This document shows, piece by piece, positions 25,906 through 35,015 of a DNA stretch of 64,000 nucleotides. Origin of the DNA: a bacterium (GTDB lineage: Bacteria; JAAXHH01); contig OZ253560.1 of the NCBI GenBank assembly GCA_965262815.1, positions 2,868,582 through 2,932,581 of the forward strand, given 5' to 3'. The position numbers and the translations under genes are program-made. The stretch's first letter is position 1. Each line of letters starts with the position of its first letter. The notes under the pieces are model-generated. The model made no database searches, was not told the DNA's origin, and worked only from the letters and a program-made list of their open reading frames with translations.

Positions 25906-28743
25906 CTAATTTGATGCCGAGATTCTTTTCACCACAAGAGACGCCACGTCCAACTCCGTCCCGCTGTCGAACCACACCTTGTACTCCACGCCCCCGACAC
26001 TGAACGTAAACACCGCGACGTCGTGGCCATCCGAGGGGACGGATTCGTCTTCGTGGCGGGTCAGCATGACGTCCGGCGGTACGGTCACCTGGTACAGGGC
26101 GATCTCGCCCCGGGCGATGTTGTACTCCCTGCGAACCTCGCGTACGGCAATCATCTCGTTGAGTTCCCGCGGAACGACAACCCTTTCCACGAAACCAGGG
26201 ACGTTGAACCCCTCTATCGTTTCGCCGGGAACCCCGTGCATTACCAGCCGGTTGCTCGGAGGAGCATAGTCTTTCTCCGCGAGGATCTCCCCGATGTCAC
26301 CCGGCGGCGGGAACTCGTCCAGCATCTCGCGCACCAGGGAATCCAGCGGACCTTCATAGAAATCGTACCTGCCGCTCACGGATCCGGCCTTGATCTGGCG
26401 GAGGGCGAGTGCCTCGTCGCCTTCCGTCAATTCGGGTTCGCAGGTGTCCCCGAAGGGCGACCAGGGCGTGTTGCCCTGGGGGGTCGACCAATTTGCCACG
26501 CGGGATGGCAGATCAACGTCCGAGTCCCGGTCCACCAGCCTCTCCGATATGTCCTTGCCCTCGTCCATGAGCGTCCGCATCCGGTCGATGTAGAGCCGCA
26601 CGCGCGGAAGGAAATAGTGGACGATCATTTCGGCGAAGTCCTCCGGCAGGTAGTCGAGCAGCACCTGCCAGTTCTCAAGGGAGATCAGCGCGGTGAACGT
26701 GATCCAGTTGCTTTCGCTGTTGGCGTGGCCAGGCACGATCTCGGGCCACCGGGCCGCCCAGTCGTCGTGGGTCTTGAGCCTGAACTGCTCATGGGCGCTG
26801 CAATACCGGGCCATGGCGTTCATCACGTGCTCCGCCTCAGCGGCCATCCGTTCGAACCGTTCCCTGTCCCCGGTGCGAAAGGCCTTCCGTGTGTGAGCCA
26901 GGCGATGGTTGAATATGCCCGCCAGGTAGGTCCGGCCGATGTCGACCAGGTCGAAGCGGTACATGGGGGAATCCTCGAGCGCATCGTAACGGGAAAGGAG
27001 GATCTCGAGCATGTCGTGCAATGCCGGTAGAAACCCGATGAGCCGTTTGACGGATCCGGAAGTGAGACCGGGCAGCAGGGTGCCGTCCCAGTTCCGGTAC
27101 AAGGGACCGTTGTGAGTGCACGGATCGAAGTACGCCATGATCGTTTCGGCGAAGATCTGCACGGCCGGCCGGGTGCCCTCCGCCGCAGGGCCGTACCGCC
27201 TGCGGTTCCACCGTTCGACGTAATCGTCGGGGTCCATGTCCGCCGGGTTCCACGACAACTCCGCGTAGAGGTCCATGGTCATCACGTTCCGGTGGTTGGT
27301 TTCCGTAGACACCATGAAACCCTGGAGGTTGGCCGCGCGGGGATTGTCCGCCAGCGACCGGGCGTTGTTGATCGCCGTTTCAATGTCGCCGTTGGGATTG
27401 GTCTCCCTCCCGCACTGGCCGCACATGCCCGTGGACCACGGCAGGTCCCAGTAGTAGTCGCATCGCAGGAAGTCGTACATGCGGCCGCCGTGGTTGAGGA
27501 ACATGTTTCCGATCACGGGCAGACCGGCATCCCGAACAGCCCGGGCCTGGGCAGCCGCCGTGGGATTGTCCGTGCACACCCGGGGGCTGAACAACACCGC
27601 GTCCGGATCTCCGTCCCGAACGGCCTGGATCATCCCGTCCACCGATGCATGGGTGAGTTCCGAGGCCCTATCCGGATCTTCTTCGACCCACGTCTCCTCC
27701 GTGGGCAGCCACAGGCTGTACAGGTGATCCGTGCCCAGCGCTTCCCCGTAGGATTCCACCACGGCGGTGGTGAAACGGCGTGTAACCGGGTCCCTCGGAT
27801 CGAGTACGATTTCCGATTCCCCGCACCACTCCAGCGGCGCGACCCGGATCTTCACACCCGTCATGCCCTCGTACCCGTCCACGAATTCCTGGAGCTGGCG
27901 GCCGTCGGCGTACGGCGAAAATCCCGGGTTTACCGCAGGCGTGCCCACGTGAAGCTGCATGCGGTACCGGACGCGTATGCCCGCTTCCCTGGCGTAGTCG
28001 AATACGCGGCGCAAAAGCGCGATTCGTTCCTTTTGCCAGTCGGTGAGCTCCACGTGCACGCCCAGGCGGTTAGCCGCCAGCGCGCCGATGCCGCAGCAGT
28101 CCGCGATGTTGCCGCTTTCCAGGATGTTGAACCGCTTCTTGACCAGGTAGTCGACCCAGGGTTTGAACTCCTCCCACGTCCACCAGCGCATCCCGCTGTA
28201 GGCGTCCTGCATGTTGGCGAAGTACATCCGCCACTTGAATCGGGGTTTGCGGCAGTCCTCGAGTTCGCCTATCGTGACGGTCTCCCTTTGCGGAATCTGT
28301 TCGCCCTCTTCAAAGAATCCGCAGCCCAGGTGTTCTTCGAAAAACCGGTACACGGCATAGAGGGCGGAGTAGGGCCGGCTGCCCGCAAGCACCAGGTTGT
28401 TCCCGGTACACCGGATGACGTAGCCATCGAAGCCCAGGACGGATTCGGTCAGGTCGACCTTAAGTTCGGTTGGAGCCCATCCGATATACACCCGGCCGGC
28501 AGTGTCCTCATGGCCGGTATGAGATTCATCGGCGCCGATCGAGGATAGTTCCGCCGGATTCCGCAGGACGAGCAAATCCATTCCACCCATGCGCTTCAAG
28601 ATGCGTTGAAACTCGCTGGCGGCACGTCGCTCAGCCGGTCCGGCCGTGGAAGATAGCACGATCTGCGACGCGGGTTGTCTGTTTTTAAAAAGCGTAATCA
28701 TGGGGAATGCCGGTTGTTTTACTGATTGATTTCCTGTAATCAT
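25906..28743 (-). CDS. Alpha-N-acetylglucosaminidase (GH89, NAGLU family), no signal peptide
   Basis: MRWWTWEEFKPWVDYLVKKRFNILE (cf. human NAGLU [21 protein letters not shown]), GTDHLYSLW (TDHIYG), NMFLNHGG (LHNFGGN), RFDLVDIGRTYL (RYDLLDLTRQ), HYFLPRVRLYID (YYTPRWRLF). All three NAGLU domains are present. Confidence 0.8.
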   Translation of the reverse strand: MITGNQSVKQPAFPMITLFKNRQPASQIVLSSTAGPAERRAASEFQRILKRMGGMDLLVLRNPAELSSIGADESHTGHEDTAGRVYIGWAPTELKVDLTESVLGFDGYVIRCTGNNLVLAGSRPYSALYAVYRFFEEHLGCGFFEEGEQIPQRETVTIGELEDCRKPRFKWRMYFANMQDAYSGMRWWTWEEFKPWVDYLVKKRFNILESGNIADCCGIGALAANRLGVHVELTDWQKERIALLRRVFDYAREAGIRVRYRMQLHVGTPAVNPGFSPYADGRQLQEFVDGYEGMTGVKIRVAPLEWCGESEIVLDPRDPVTRRFTTAVVESYGEALGTDHLYSLWLPTEETWVEEDPDRASELTHASVDGMIQAVRDGDPDAVLFSPRVCTDNPTAAAQARAVRDAGLPVIGNMFLNHGGRMYDFLRCDYYWDLPWSTGMCGQCGRETNPNGDIETAINNARSLADNPRAANLQGFMVSTETNHRNVMTMDLYAELSWNPADMDPDDYVERWNRRRYGPAAEGTRPAVQIFAETIMAYFDPCTHNGPLYRNWDGTLLPGLTSGSVKRLIGFLPALHDMLEILLSRYDALEDSPMYRFDLVDIGRTYLAGIFNHRLAHTRKAFRTGDRERFERMAAEAEHVMNAMARYCSAHEQFRLKTHDDWAARWPEIVPGHANSESNWITFTALISLENWQVLLDYLPEDFAEMIVHYFLPRVRLYIDRMRTLMDEGKDISERLVDRDSDVDLPSRVANWSTPQGNTPWSPFGDTCEPELTEGDEALALRQIKAGSVSGRYDFYEGPLDSLVREMLDEFPPPGDIGEILAEKDYAPPSNRLVMHGVPGETIEGFNVPGFVERVVVPRELNEMIAVREVRREYNIARGEIALYQVTVPPDVMLTRHEDESVPSDGHDVAVFTFSVGGVEYKVWFDSGTELDVASLVVKRISASN

Positions 28744-28751
28744 TCTACATC

Positions 28752-29507
28752 ATGACACCATCCGAATTCCAGACCTTTGGGACCCCGCACCTCGTCGTGA
28801 TGGGCCTGACCCTGGCCCTTCCCATGGTGCTCTCGGGTCTCGCAGGAAGAGCGGGGGATGGCCGAACTGCAAAGTCGATCGGTTACCTGCTCGCCGCCAT
28901 GCTATTGGTCAACGAAGTCACGGCCGGGGGATCCCGCTTGCTGCAATTCGGTCCGGATTACTTCGTCCGGAACTACCTGCCGTTGCATATCTGCGGCATC
29001 GCAAACCTTGTCACCGCCGCAACCCTGGTATTCCGGAACCGGCATACTTACGAGATCGCCTACTTTTGGGGGCTTGTCGGTTCCGCCAATGCCGTGATCA
29101 CGCCGGGCGCCATTGAGACCGGCTTCCCTTCCTGGCGATTCTTCCAGTATTTCATCGCCCACTCAGGTATCGTGGTGGGCGTCCTATACGCCACCTGGGG
29201 CCTGGGCATGCGGCCTACACTGGGCGGACTCTTTCGCGCCTTCATCATCCTGAATGTATTCGCCGTAGCCGTGGGTATCGTCAACTTGCTCCTGGGGTCG
29301 AATTACATGTACCTTTCGAAGCCGCCCTGGGGCACAGTCTCGCCCTTCTTCTTCGCGCCGTGGCCGTGGTACATCCCATTCCTCGACGCCGTGGCGCTCG
29401 GAATGTTCTTCGTGGTCTACCTTCCAATTTACGTGTTCCGCCGGCGTGGATCGCAAGCGAAACGTAACACCGCCGACGCGAGACCAGGCCGGAACGAGAC
29501 CAGTTAA
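28752..29507 (+). CDS. Integral membrane protein, TIGR02206/YwaF-like family
   Basis: 251 aa, about 7 TM. True start may be the internal M (28800), since the divergent GH89 start codon is only 8 bp away. Confidence 0.5.
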   Translation: MTPSEFQTFGTPHLVVMGLTLALPMVLSGLAGRAGDGRTAKSIGYLLAAMLLVNEVTAGGSRLLQFGPDYFVRNYLPLHICGIANLVTAATLVFRNRHTYEIAYFWGLVGSANAVITPGAIETGFPSWRFFQYFIAHSGIVVGVLYATWGLGMRPTLGGLFRAFIILNVFAVAVGIVNLLLGSNYMYLSKPPWGTVSPFFFAPWPWYIPFLDAVALGMFFVVYLPIYVFRRRGSQAKRNTADARPGRNETS

Positions 29508-30898
29508 GTTACCCGGAACGTCTCCCCGCCCTCGGTGTGCCAGTCCGTCAACTGGCGGACCGGGATCGTTCTAAGTCCTACCTGGGCATTTCCGGTGTAA
29601 AAAACGTATCCGGTGTCGCCCCTCACGATCATGCGGGGCCAGCCGGTCCACGTATGGTCAAAACGCTCGCTGCCTATACCCAGTGCCGGAAGGGCCGGAT
29701 TGCGTGGATAGTAGGTCCAGTTTCTCAGGTCATGTGAACGGGCAAGGCCCACCGTGTCGCACCACTGATGCTGGCTATTGGCCCCCGGCGGCACCCATGC
29801 GTTGCAACCTTCGTACCAGAGATACCAGGCATCGCCGATGCGGTTCAGGGACCGCGGCCGCACATGAACAGCGTCCCAGTTGTCCAGTGTCTCCGGGCCG
29901 AACACGGGATTGTCTTCGTCCTCGCGCCAGTCCACGAGATTGTCGCTGTAGAGCAGGTAACCCCGGTCACCGCCAGGCCAGCCTCCCGCCGGTCCAGGGG
30001 TGTACCCGGCGTAGAACATGATGTACCGGTAATCCGGATGGTCCACGCGCTGCAGGTCGAATTCGTGGGCGGCATCGTTGAAGTGCCGGTAGACGGGGTT
30101 CCCTGCGAAGGGCGTGAAAGGACCCAATGGATCATCGGCCGTCGCGATCATGAAACCGAGCCAGGCCGGATATTGCTGTACGGCGTACATGATGGCAACC
30201 TGGCCGCCGGGGGTAACGACGGCGCCGTTTACGTAGATATTGTCGCCGGGTGCATCCTTGTAGGAGAGTACAGGCGCCGGATGCACATCCCACGTCAGCA
30301 GGTCATCACTTGTGGCCACGGCGATGGTACGCCGGGAGGACCCCTCCTGATCACCCTCCATGCCCGCCAGGCAATACATGTAGTAGCGCCCGCCTGTTTC
30401 AACGATCGAGCCCGGGATGATCTGTTTCTCGTAGTGGCTGCCCGTCGGACCCAGTGGAATGACCGGCTCCGACATCTGGTTCAGCCAGGGCAGCGTCGCG
30501 ACCGTGCAGGATTCTATGGCGCACCCCGTAGATCCATCCAGTTCCAGCAGGTTTTCCCACGGTTCGTACACTTCGTCCCATTCACCCGACGGACCGCGGA
30601 TCCAGCCCGATATCCCGTTGACAAAGAACCGGAAGTAGTTACCCTTTTTCAGCACGCGGACCTCCCAGGGAGGGGGGCCACTGTCCAGGTATTCCTTCAG
30701 CACCGTACTCTTTCCCCCGACCTGCCGGACCACGCGGAAGCCTTGCCTGTCGATGTTCAGCAACACGCCTGAAGCATCGCCGTCACCGGAAAACCTGATA
30801 ATTGACGAAGGCGCTGCCTCCGCGCTTGTTATTCTGACGTTGAGTTCGTAGTTACCCGTAATGTGCCGAGAGATCATCGGTTGAAACCTGGCGTTCAT
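29504..30898 (-). CDS. Glycoside hydrolase with N-terminal lectin-like domain and five-bladed beta-propeller (GH43/GH32/GH130-clan-like)
   Basis: TIAVATSDDLLTWD blade motif and repeated propeller signatures. Start placed at MNARFQ, because the upstream part of the track ORF is AT-rich non-coding-like. Confidence 0.5.
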   Translation of the reverse strand: MNARFQPMISRHITGNYELNVRITSAEAAPSSIIRFSGDGDASGVLLNIDRQGFRVVRQVGGKSTVLKEYLDSGPPPWEVRVLKKGNYFRFFVNGISGWIRGPSGEWDEVYEPWENLLELDGSTGCAIESCTVATLPWLNQMSEPVIPLGPTGSHYEKQIIPGSIVETGGRYYMYCLAGMEGDQEGSSRRTIAVATSDDLLTWDVHPAPVLSYKDAPGDNIYVNGAVVTPGGQVAIMYAVQQYPAWLGFMIATADDPLGPFTPFAGNPVYRHFNDAAHEFDLQRVDHPDYRYIMFYAGYTPGPAGGWPGGDRGYLLYSDNLVDWREDEDNPVFGPETLDNWDAVHVRPRSLNRIGDAWYLWYEGCNAWVPPGANSQHQWCDTVGLARSHDLRNWTYYPRNPALPALGIGSERFDHTWTGWPRMIVRGDTGYVFYTGNAQVGLRTIPVRQLTDWHTEGGETFRVT

Positions 30899-31434
30899 GC
30901 AGGGATAAAACACCGGACCGGGAGTGGATAAATACTGATTTGTCTCACAAAAGATAATCCATATATTACGGTTAATCCACAACGAAACCGGGAAAAAGGA
31001 GAAGGTAGACATGCCTCCTTCCGATATCAATCCGGGCACGGCTGTTATGCTCAACGGCGCTCTACGATTCCATCGCTGCCCACCTTCGCAACGGCCTGAA
31101 CGTAGTGACCGATATCGCACATCACGACGACTACGAAATGCCCCGTGGAATACTCTATCGCTGCGCAAGCCGCATGGAAGGACCGGGCGTTTATTTCGTG
31201 GGCGTACGCTGTCCGGCCGAAGTCGTGTGGCGCCGCCGCAAAGATACCTGGCTTAAACTGCCGCCGCTATGTCCACGCCGAACCGATAGCGTATGTTGAA
31301 AAGCCGGGACGCATGACCATTTTCCAATTAACACGGACTTTGCGCAGGGGTATATTGTTGATCCTGTGTTCGTTCAACTGGTTCATGAATCCTGCACGAA
31401 TGATGGATCGAAAATCCGGAAGAGCAGCGTCCAA

Positions 31435-32514
31435 ATGGCCTGGCGTGTTGCAGAACAATTCACGATCTACCGCGAAAAGGGTTGGTACGGGGCCCATCCC
31501 AACATCGTCCGGACGGCAAGTGGAGACCTGCTGACGCTGTTTCACCGTTCGCCCGCCACCGGATTCAGCCACCACAGCCATCCCCTTTTCGATGTGAGAG
31601 CATGCCGCTCAAGCGATGAAGGGCAATCGTGGGGTCCGCCGGAGCTGGTAACGGTCTACCCGTACGGAGGCGTGCTGGATTTCGGAACCCATACGCTGTC
31701 CAACGGCGAGATCTTTCTTCATGGCAGCACGGTGGACCTGGTCCCCGCGGATGAGCCAGGGGTCTCCAAACATACGTGGGTTTCCCGGCCCGGCGTGGGT
31801 TTTCACGTGCGTTCCGGGGACAACGGAACGACCTGGTCGCACCCGGAACGGTTTCCGCCGCTTCCTGGCGCCGTAAACGGTCATCCCGCTTCGCACACCG
31901 GTATCTGCCGCAGCGGACTACTGGAAACGCCGGACGGACGGCTCCTGCTCCCCGGTAAGGCGACCGATCACCCGGAGGGCAAGCCGCCATTTTTTGGAAT
32001 GATGCAGGCGTCGCAAGACAACGGGCAGACCTGGTCATTCGCCGGACGCATAGCCGAGGACGACGTCGCCCATTTCAGCGAACCGGCGATCTGCATGACG
32101 CCATCCGGAAGAATCCTGGTACTCTTCCGCTGTCATCCGAACCAGCCTCCCGGACAGGACGTTCACCTGGTGGTTGTGCACTCGGACGATGGCGGCGAGA
32201 CCTGGTCGCCGTGGCGTTCGACGACCATGAGGGGATGTCCCGGACACCTGCTGGGCCTGGGTGACGGCCGTATCCTGGCCACGGTGGGCACCCGGTGGGA
32301 AGGACAGATGGGTTGCATGGCACGGATCCTGGACCCCGAGGCCCGCGACCTGGATACCGCGCCGGGTCTCGTCGTACGCGCCGATTCCGCCGATTCGGAC
32401 TGCGGGTATCCATGGTCTATTGAATTAATGGACGGAAGGGTGCTGGTCGTGTACTACTATACCTATGAAGACGGCATCCGGGGCATTGAAGGATCGGTGC
32501 TGGAGGAGCGCTGA
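31435..32514 (+). CDS. BNR-repeat exo-alpha-sialidase family protein (GH33-like), no signal peptide
   Basis: Four Asp-boxes: SSDEGQSW, SGDNGTTW, SQDNGQTW, SDDGGETW. N-terminal NIVRTASGDLL is RIP-like. Confidence 0.7.
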   Translation: MAWRVAEQFTIYREKGWYGAHPNIVRTASGDLLTLFHRSPATGFSHHSHPLFDVRACRSSDEGQSWGPPELVTVYPYGGVLDFGTHTLSNGEIFLHGSTVDLVPADEPGVSKHTWVSRPGVGFHVRSGDNGTTWSHPERFPPLPGAVNGHPASHTGICRSGLLETPDGRLLLPGKATDHPEGKPPFFGMMQASQDNGQTWSFAGRIAEDDVAHFSEPAICMTPSGRILVLFRCHPNQPPGQDVHLVVVHSDDGGETWSPWRSTTMRGCPGHLLGLGDGRILATVGTRWEGQMGCMARILDPEARDLDTAPGLVVRADSADSDCGYPWSIELMDGRVLVVYYYTYEDGIRGIEGSVLEER

Positions 32515-32577
32515 GGGATTTCGAGGCAACGGAGGTTTTTCGGCCGGTTGCAATCTACACACTATTGGGGAACATCG

Positions 32578-33366
32578 ATGTTTCAACTTGAATCACACCA
32601 GCTGGATTTCATGGACACTTTCGGGTACCTGAGTTTTCCCGGATTGCTCAACGACAGGATCGGTGAGATCGATCAGGCTTTCGATGCATTGCTGAATAGG
32701 CACGGTGGCGACGATCACGAAGGCATCGAACGCCTGGCCGTGGTACCATTCATCAACCATGACACCTACCTGTGCACGCTGCTGGACGATCCCCGCATCC
32801 ACGGTGTCGCCACTGGTTTACTGGGTGAGCAGTACCAGTACTGGAACAGCGACGGCAACTACTACGTCGGTGACACGAGGTGGCACTCCGACACCCAGTG
32901 GCCGGAACCCATCCGGTTTTACAAGATGGCCGTCTACCTGGATCCGATGACGAAGGATACGGGCGCGCTTCGGGTCATTCCGGGCAGTCACCGGTTCGGA
33001 GAAGGCTACGCGGAAACGGTTCATGCGCACCTGACGGGCAGAAAAGGATGCTGGGGCGGACTTCACGGCAGCGACGTGCCGTCGATGGCCGTCGAGACCC
33101 GGCCCGGAGACCTGGTCGTATTCAACCATTCGACCAAGCACAGCGCATGGGGCGGAAGCCAAAAGAGGCGCATGTTCACGATCGTATTCACGGGACATCA
33201 CACCGACGGCCCAGCCCTGGATGCCTTCAAAGAGGTTATCCGGCAACACGCCTACACCACGCGTGAGGTCTTCGGCGGCAAAACCGGCCCCCTGCTTTCC
33301 ACGGCAACGCCGGAACGATTACTGCACCTGCAGAATCTGATCACACACATACCTGAAGCGGCCTGA
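32578..33366 (+). CDS. Phytanoyl-CoA dioxygenase (PhyH) family oxygenase
   Basis: FMDTFGYLSFPGLL...RWHSDTQW...RVIPGSHRFG. Paralog of 45261..46112. GGGGAA RBS. Confidence 0.8.
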   Translation: MFQLESHQLDFMDTFGYLSFPGLLNDRIGEIDQAFDALLNRHGGDDHEGIERLAVVPFINHDTYLCTLLDDPRIHGVATGLLGEQYQYWNSDGNYYVGDTRWHSDTQWPEPIRFYKMAVYLDPMTKDTGALRVIPGSHRFGEGYAETVHAHLTGRKGCWGGLHGSDVPSMAVETRPGDLVVFNHSTKHSAWGGSQKRRMFTIVFTGHHTDGPALDAFKEVIRQHAYTTREVFGGKTGPLLSTATPERLLHLQNLITHIPEAA

Positions 33367-33395
33367 CACCGCGAATTTCAACGGGGTACTCAGAA

Positions 33396-34334
33396 ATGGC
33401 ACTTACTCAAGATCAGTTCCAGCATTTCTCAGACGAGGGCTATGTAATCGTCGAAGGCGCGCTAGACAACGCCGACCTTGATCCCGTCATCGCCGGAATC
33501 GAAGCTTACGTCGATGAACGGGCACATAATCTCAAGCAGGAGGGACTGATCTCGGAACTGCACGAGGGCGAACCCTTCGAGCGGCGGCTCGCCCTGATCA
33601 CGCAGGAAAACACCTCGATCTACGACGATATCGACATCATGCACATGCGGGCCGAAGCCGTGTTTCACTTCCTGGGCAACAGCCGGATGCTGGACCTGGT
33701 GGAATCCCTCGTGGGACCAGAAATCACGTGCAGTCCCATACAGCATCTGCGGGCGAAGCTGCCGGACAACCTGGTATATACGGGAAACGGGGAAGAAGAC
33801 CCCCTGGGCGCCCGCATCAAGGAGAACGTGGCGCCCTGGCACCAGGACGCGCAGGTACACCATGAAGACGCAGACCCGGTATTCATCCTCACCGTCTGGC
33901 TGCCCCTCTGCGACACCGACGAAGAGAACGGATGCCTGCAGATCATACCCCGGGTTCACCACCGGCGGACCGTGTACTGGAGCGAAGGGTTCGGCATCGA
34001 AGAAGGCCAGTTGCCCGAAGGCGGGGTCCTGTCACTGCCGATGAAGAAAGGCGACGTGCTCCTCATGCACAAGCTGATCCCGCACCGGTCCATCCCCAAC
34101 CGTTCCGGCACGATTCGGTGGAGTCTCGACCTGCGGTATCAACAGACCGGACTGCCCACCGGTCGTTCGTTTTACCCGAACTTCATCACCCGGAGCCGCC
34201 GCCATCCCGAGTTCGTGCTCACAAACTACGGAACCTGGCGCCGCGGTTGGGAGGAAGCGCTGAAGGTCACGACGCAGCGACCGCCCCGCAAGAATCGTCC
34301 TACCCAGCCGAAACAGATCCGGATGTACGGGTAA
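33396..34334 (+). CDS. Phytanoyl-CoA dioxygenase (PhyH) family oxygenase
   Basis: FSDEGYVIVEGAL...PWHQDAQV...LQIIPRVHH... Confidence 0.8.
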   Translation: MALTQDQFQHFSDEGYVIVEGALDNADLDPVIAGIEAYVDERAHNLKQEGLISELHEGEPFERRLALITQENTSIYDDIDIMHMRAEAVFHFLGNSRMLDLVESLVGPEITCSPIQHLRAKLPDNLVYTGNGEEDPLGARIKENVAPWHQDAQVHHEDADPVFILTVWLPLCDTDEENGCLQIIPRVHHRRTVYWSEGFGIEEGQLPEGGVLSLPMKKGDVLLMHKLIPHRSIPNRSGTIRWSLDLRYQQTGLPTGRSFYPNFITRSRRHPEFVLTNYGTWRRGWEEALKVTTQRPPRKNRPTQPKQIRMYG

Positions 34335-34358
34335 GGGTAGACCACGGAGCATCCCTGC

Positions 34359-34859
34359 TCAGGCTTTCAAAGTGGTACGATAAATCCGGCGGTAACCGAT
34401 CAGGTTGCTGACCAGGAACGTGATTTCCATCAGGACCGCGACCGGGCTGCCGGCGATGAAATTGTGCACCATCCAGGTCACCGCGCAGGCCATGTAGTAG
34501 AGCCGCACCTTCCGGTCGGTCGCCTGGAAATTGCCGTATGTTGCCAGCAAGGATCCGAAGAGGGCCAGGATGTCCAGGGGCCGTTCGTAGCTGACCGCGA
34601 ATCCCGCCAGGATGAGCCCCATGAACAAGTACATCAGTCGCCGGTCGGTAGTAAACGCCGCTGTGAAAACGCGGACGCCCATGACGACGTAGAGCGTCCC
34701 GGCCCCGGCCCTGCCGAGAACGAAGAAGTGGGCTGCGTTTGACAATGCCGAGCCGCAAAGCCAAAGCAGGACACTGCGCCGCTTTTTGAGCTGGAAGGAA
34801 ATGACACCGCACGAGAAGGCGACCGCGGCGAGCATCTGCGATATCAGGAAGGAATCCAT
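34359..34859 (-). CDS. YgjV family inner-membrane protein
   Basis: 166 aa, 5 TM, layout and length like E. coli YgjV. Confidence 0.5.
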   Translation of the reverse strand: MDSFLISQMLAAVAFSCGVISFQLKKRRSVLLWLCGSALSNAAHFFVLGRAGAGTLYVVMGVRVFTAAFTTDRRLMYLFMGLILAGFAVSYERPLDILALFGSLLATYGNFQATDRKVRLYYMACAVTWMVHNFIAGSPVAVLMEITFLVSNLIGYRRIYRTTLKA

Positions 34860-35015
34860 GGTGATTTCATTCCGGGTGATTGGCGACCACGTGCAAAATA
34901 AGGGTCAACCCCGACCGGTCAAGGCGAAACCCGCCCTTCCTACTTGACGTAAGGCCCAATCGACGATAACGTTCATCATATCCATTTCCAACCGTGACGA
35001 ACGGATGGCCCCACC

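Noticed and set aside
26023-28548. 335-aa and 478-aa plus-strand ORFs opposite the GH89 gene
   Set aside because: Antisense; the GH89 reading frame has strong NAGLU homology.
29768-30772. 334-aa plus-strand ORF opposite the beta-propeller GH
   Set aside because: Antisense GC-driven ORF.
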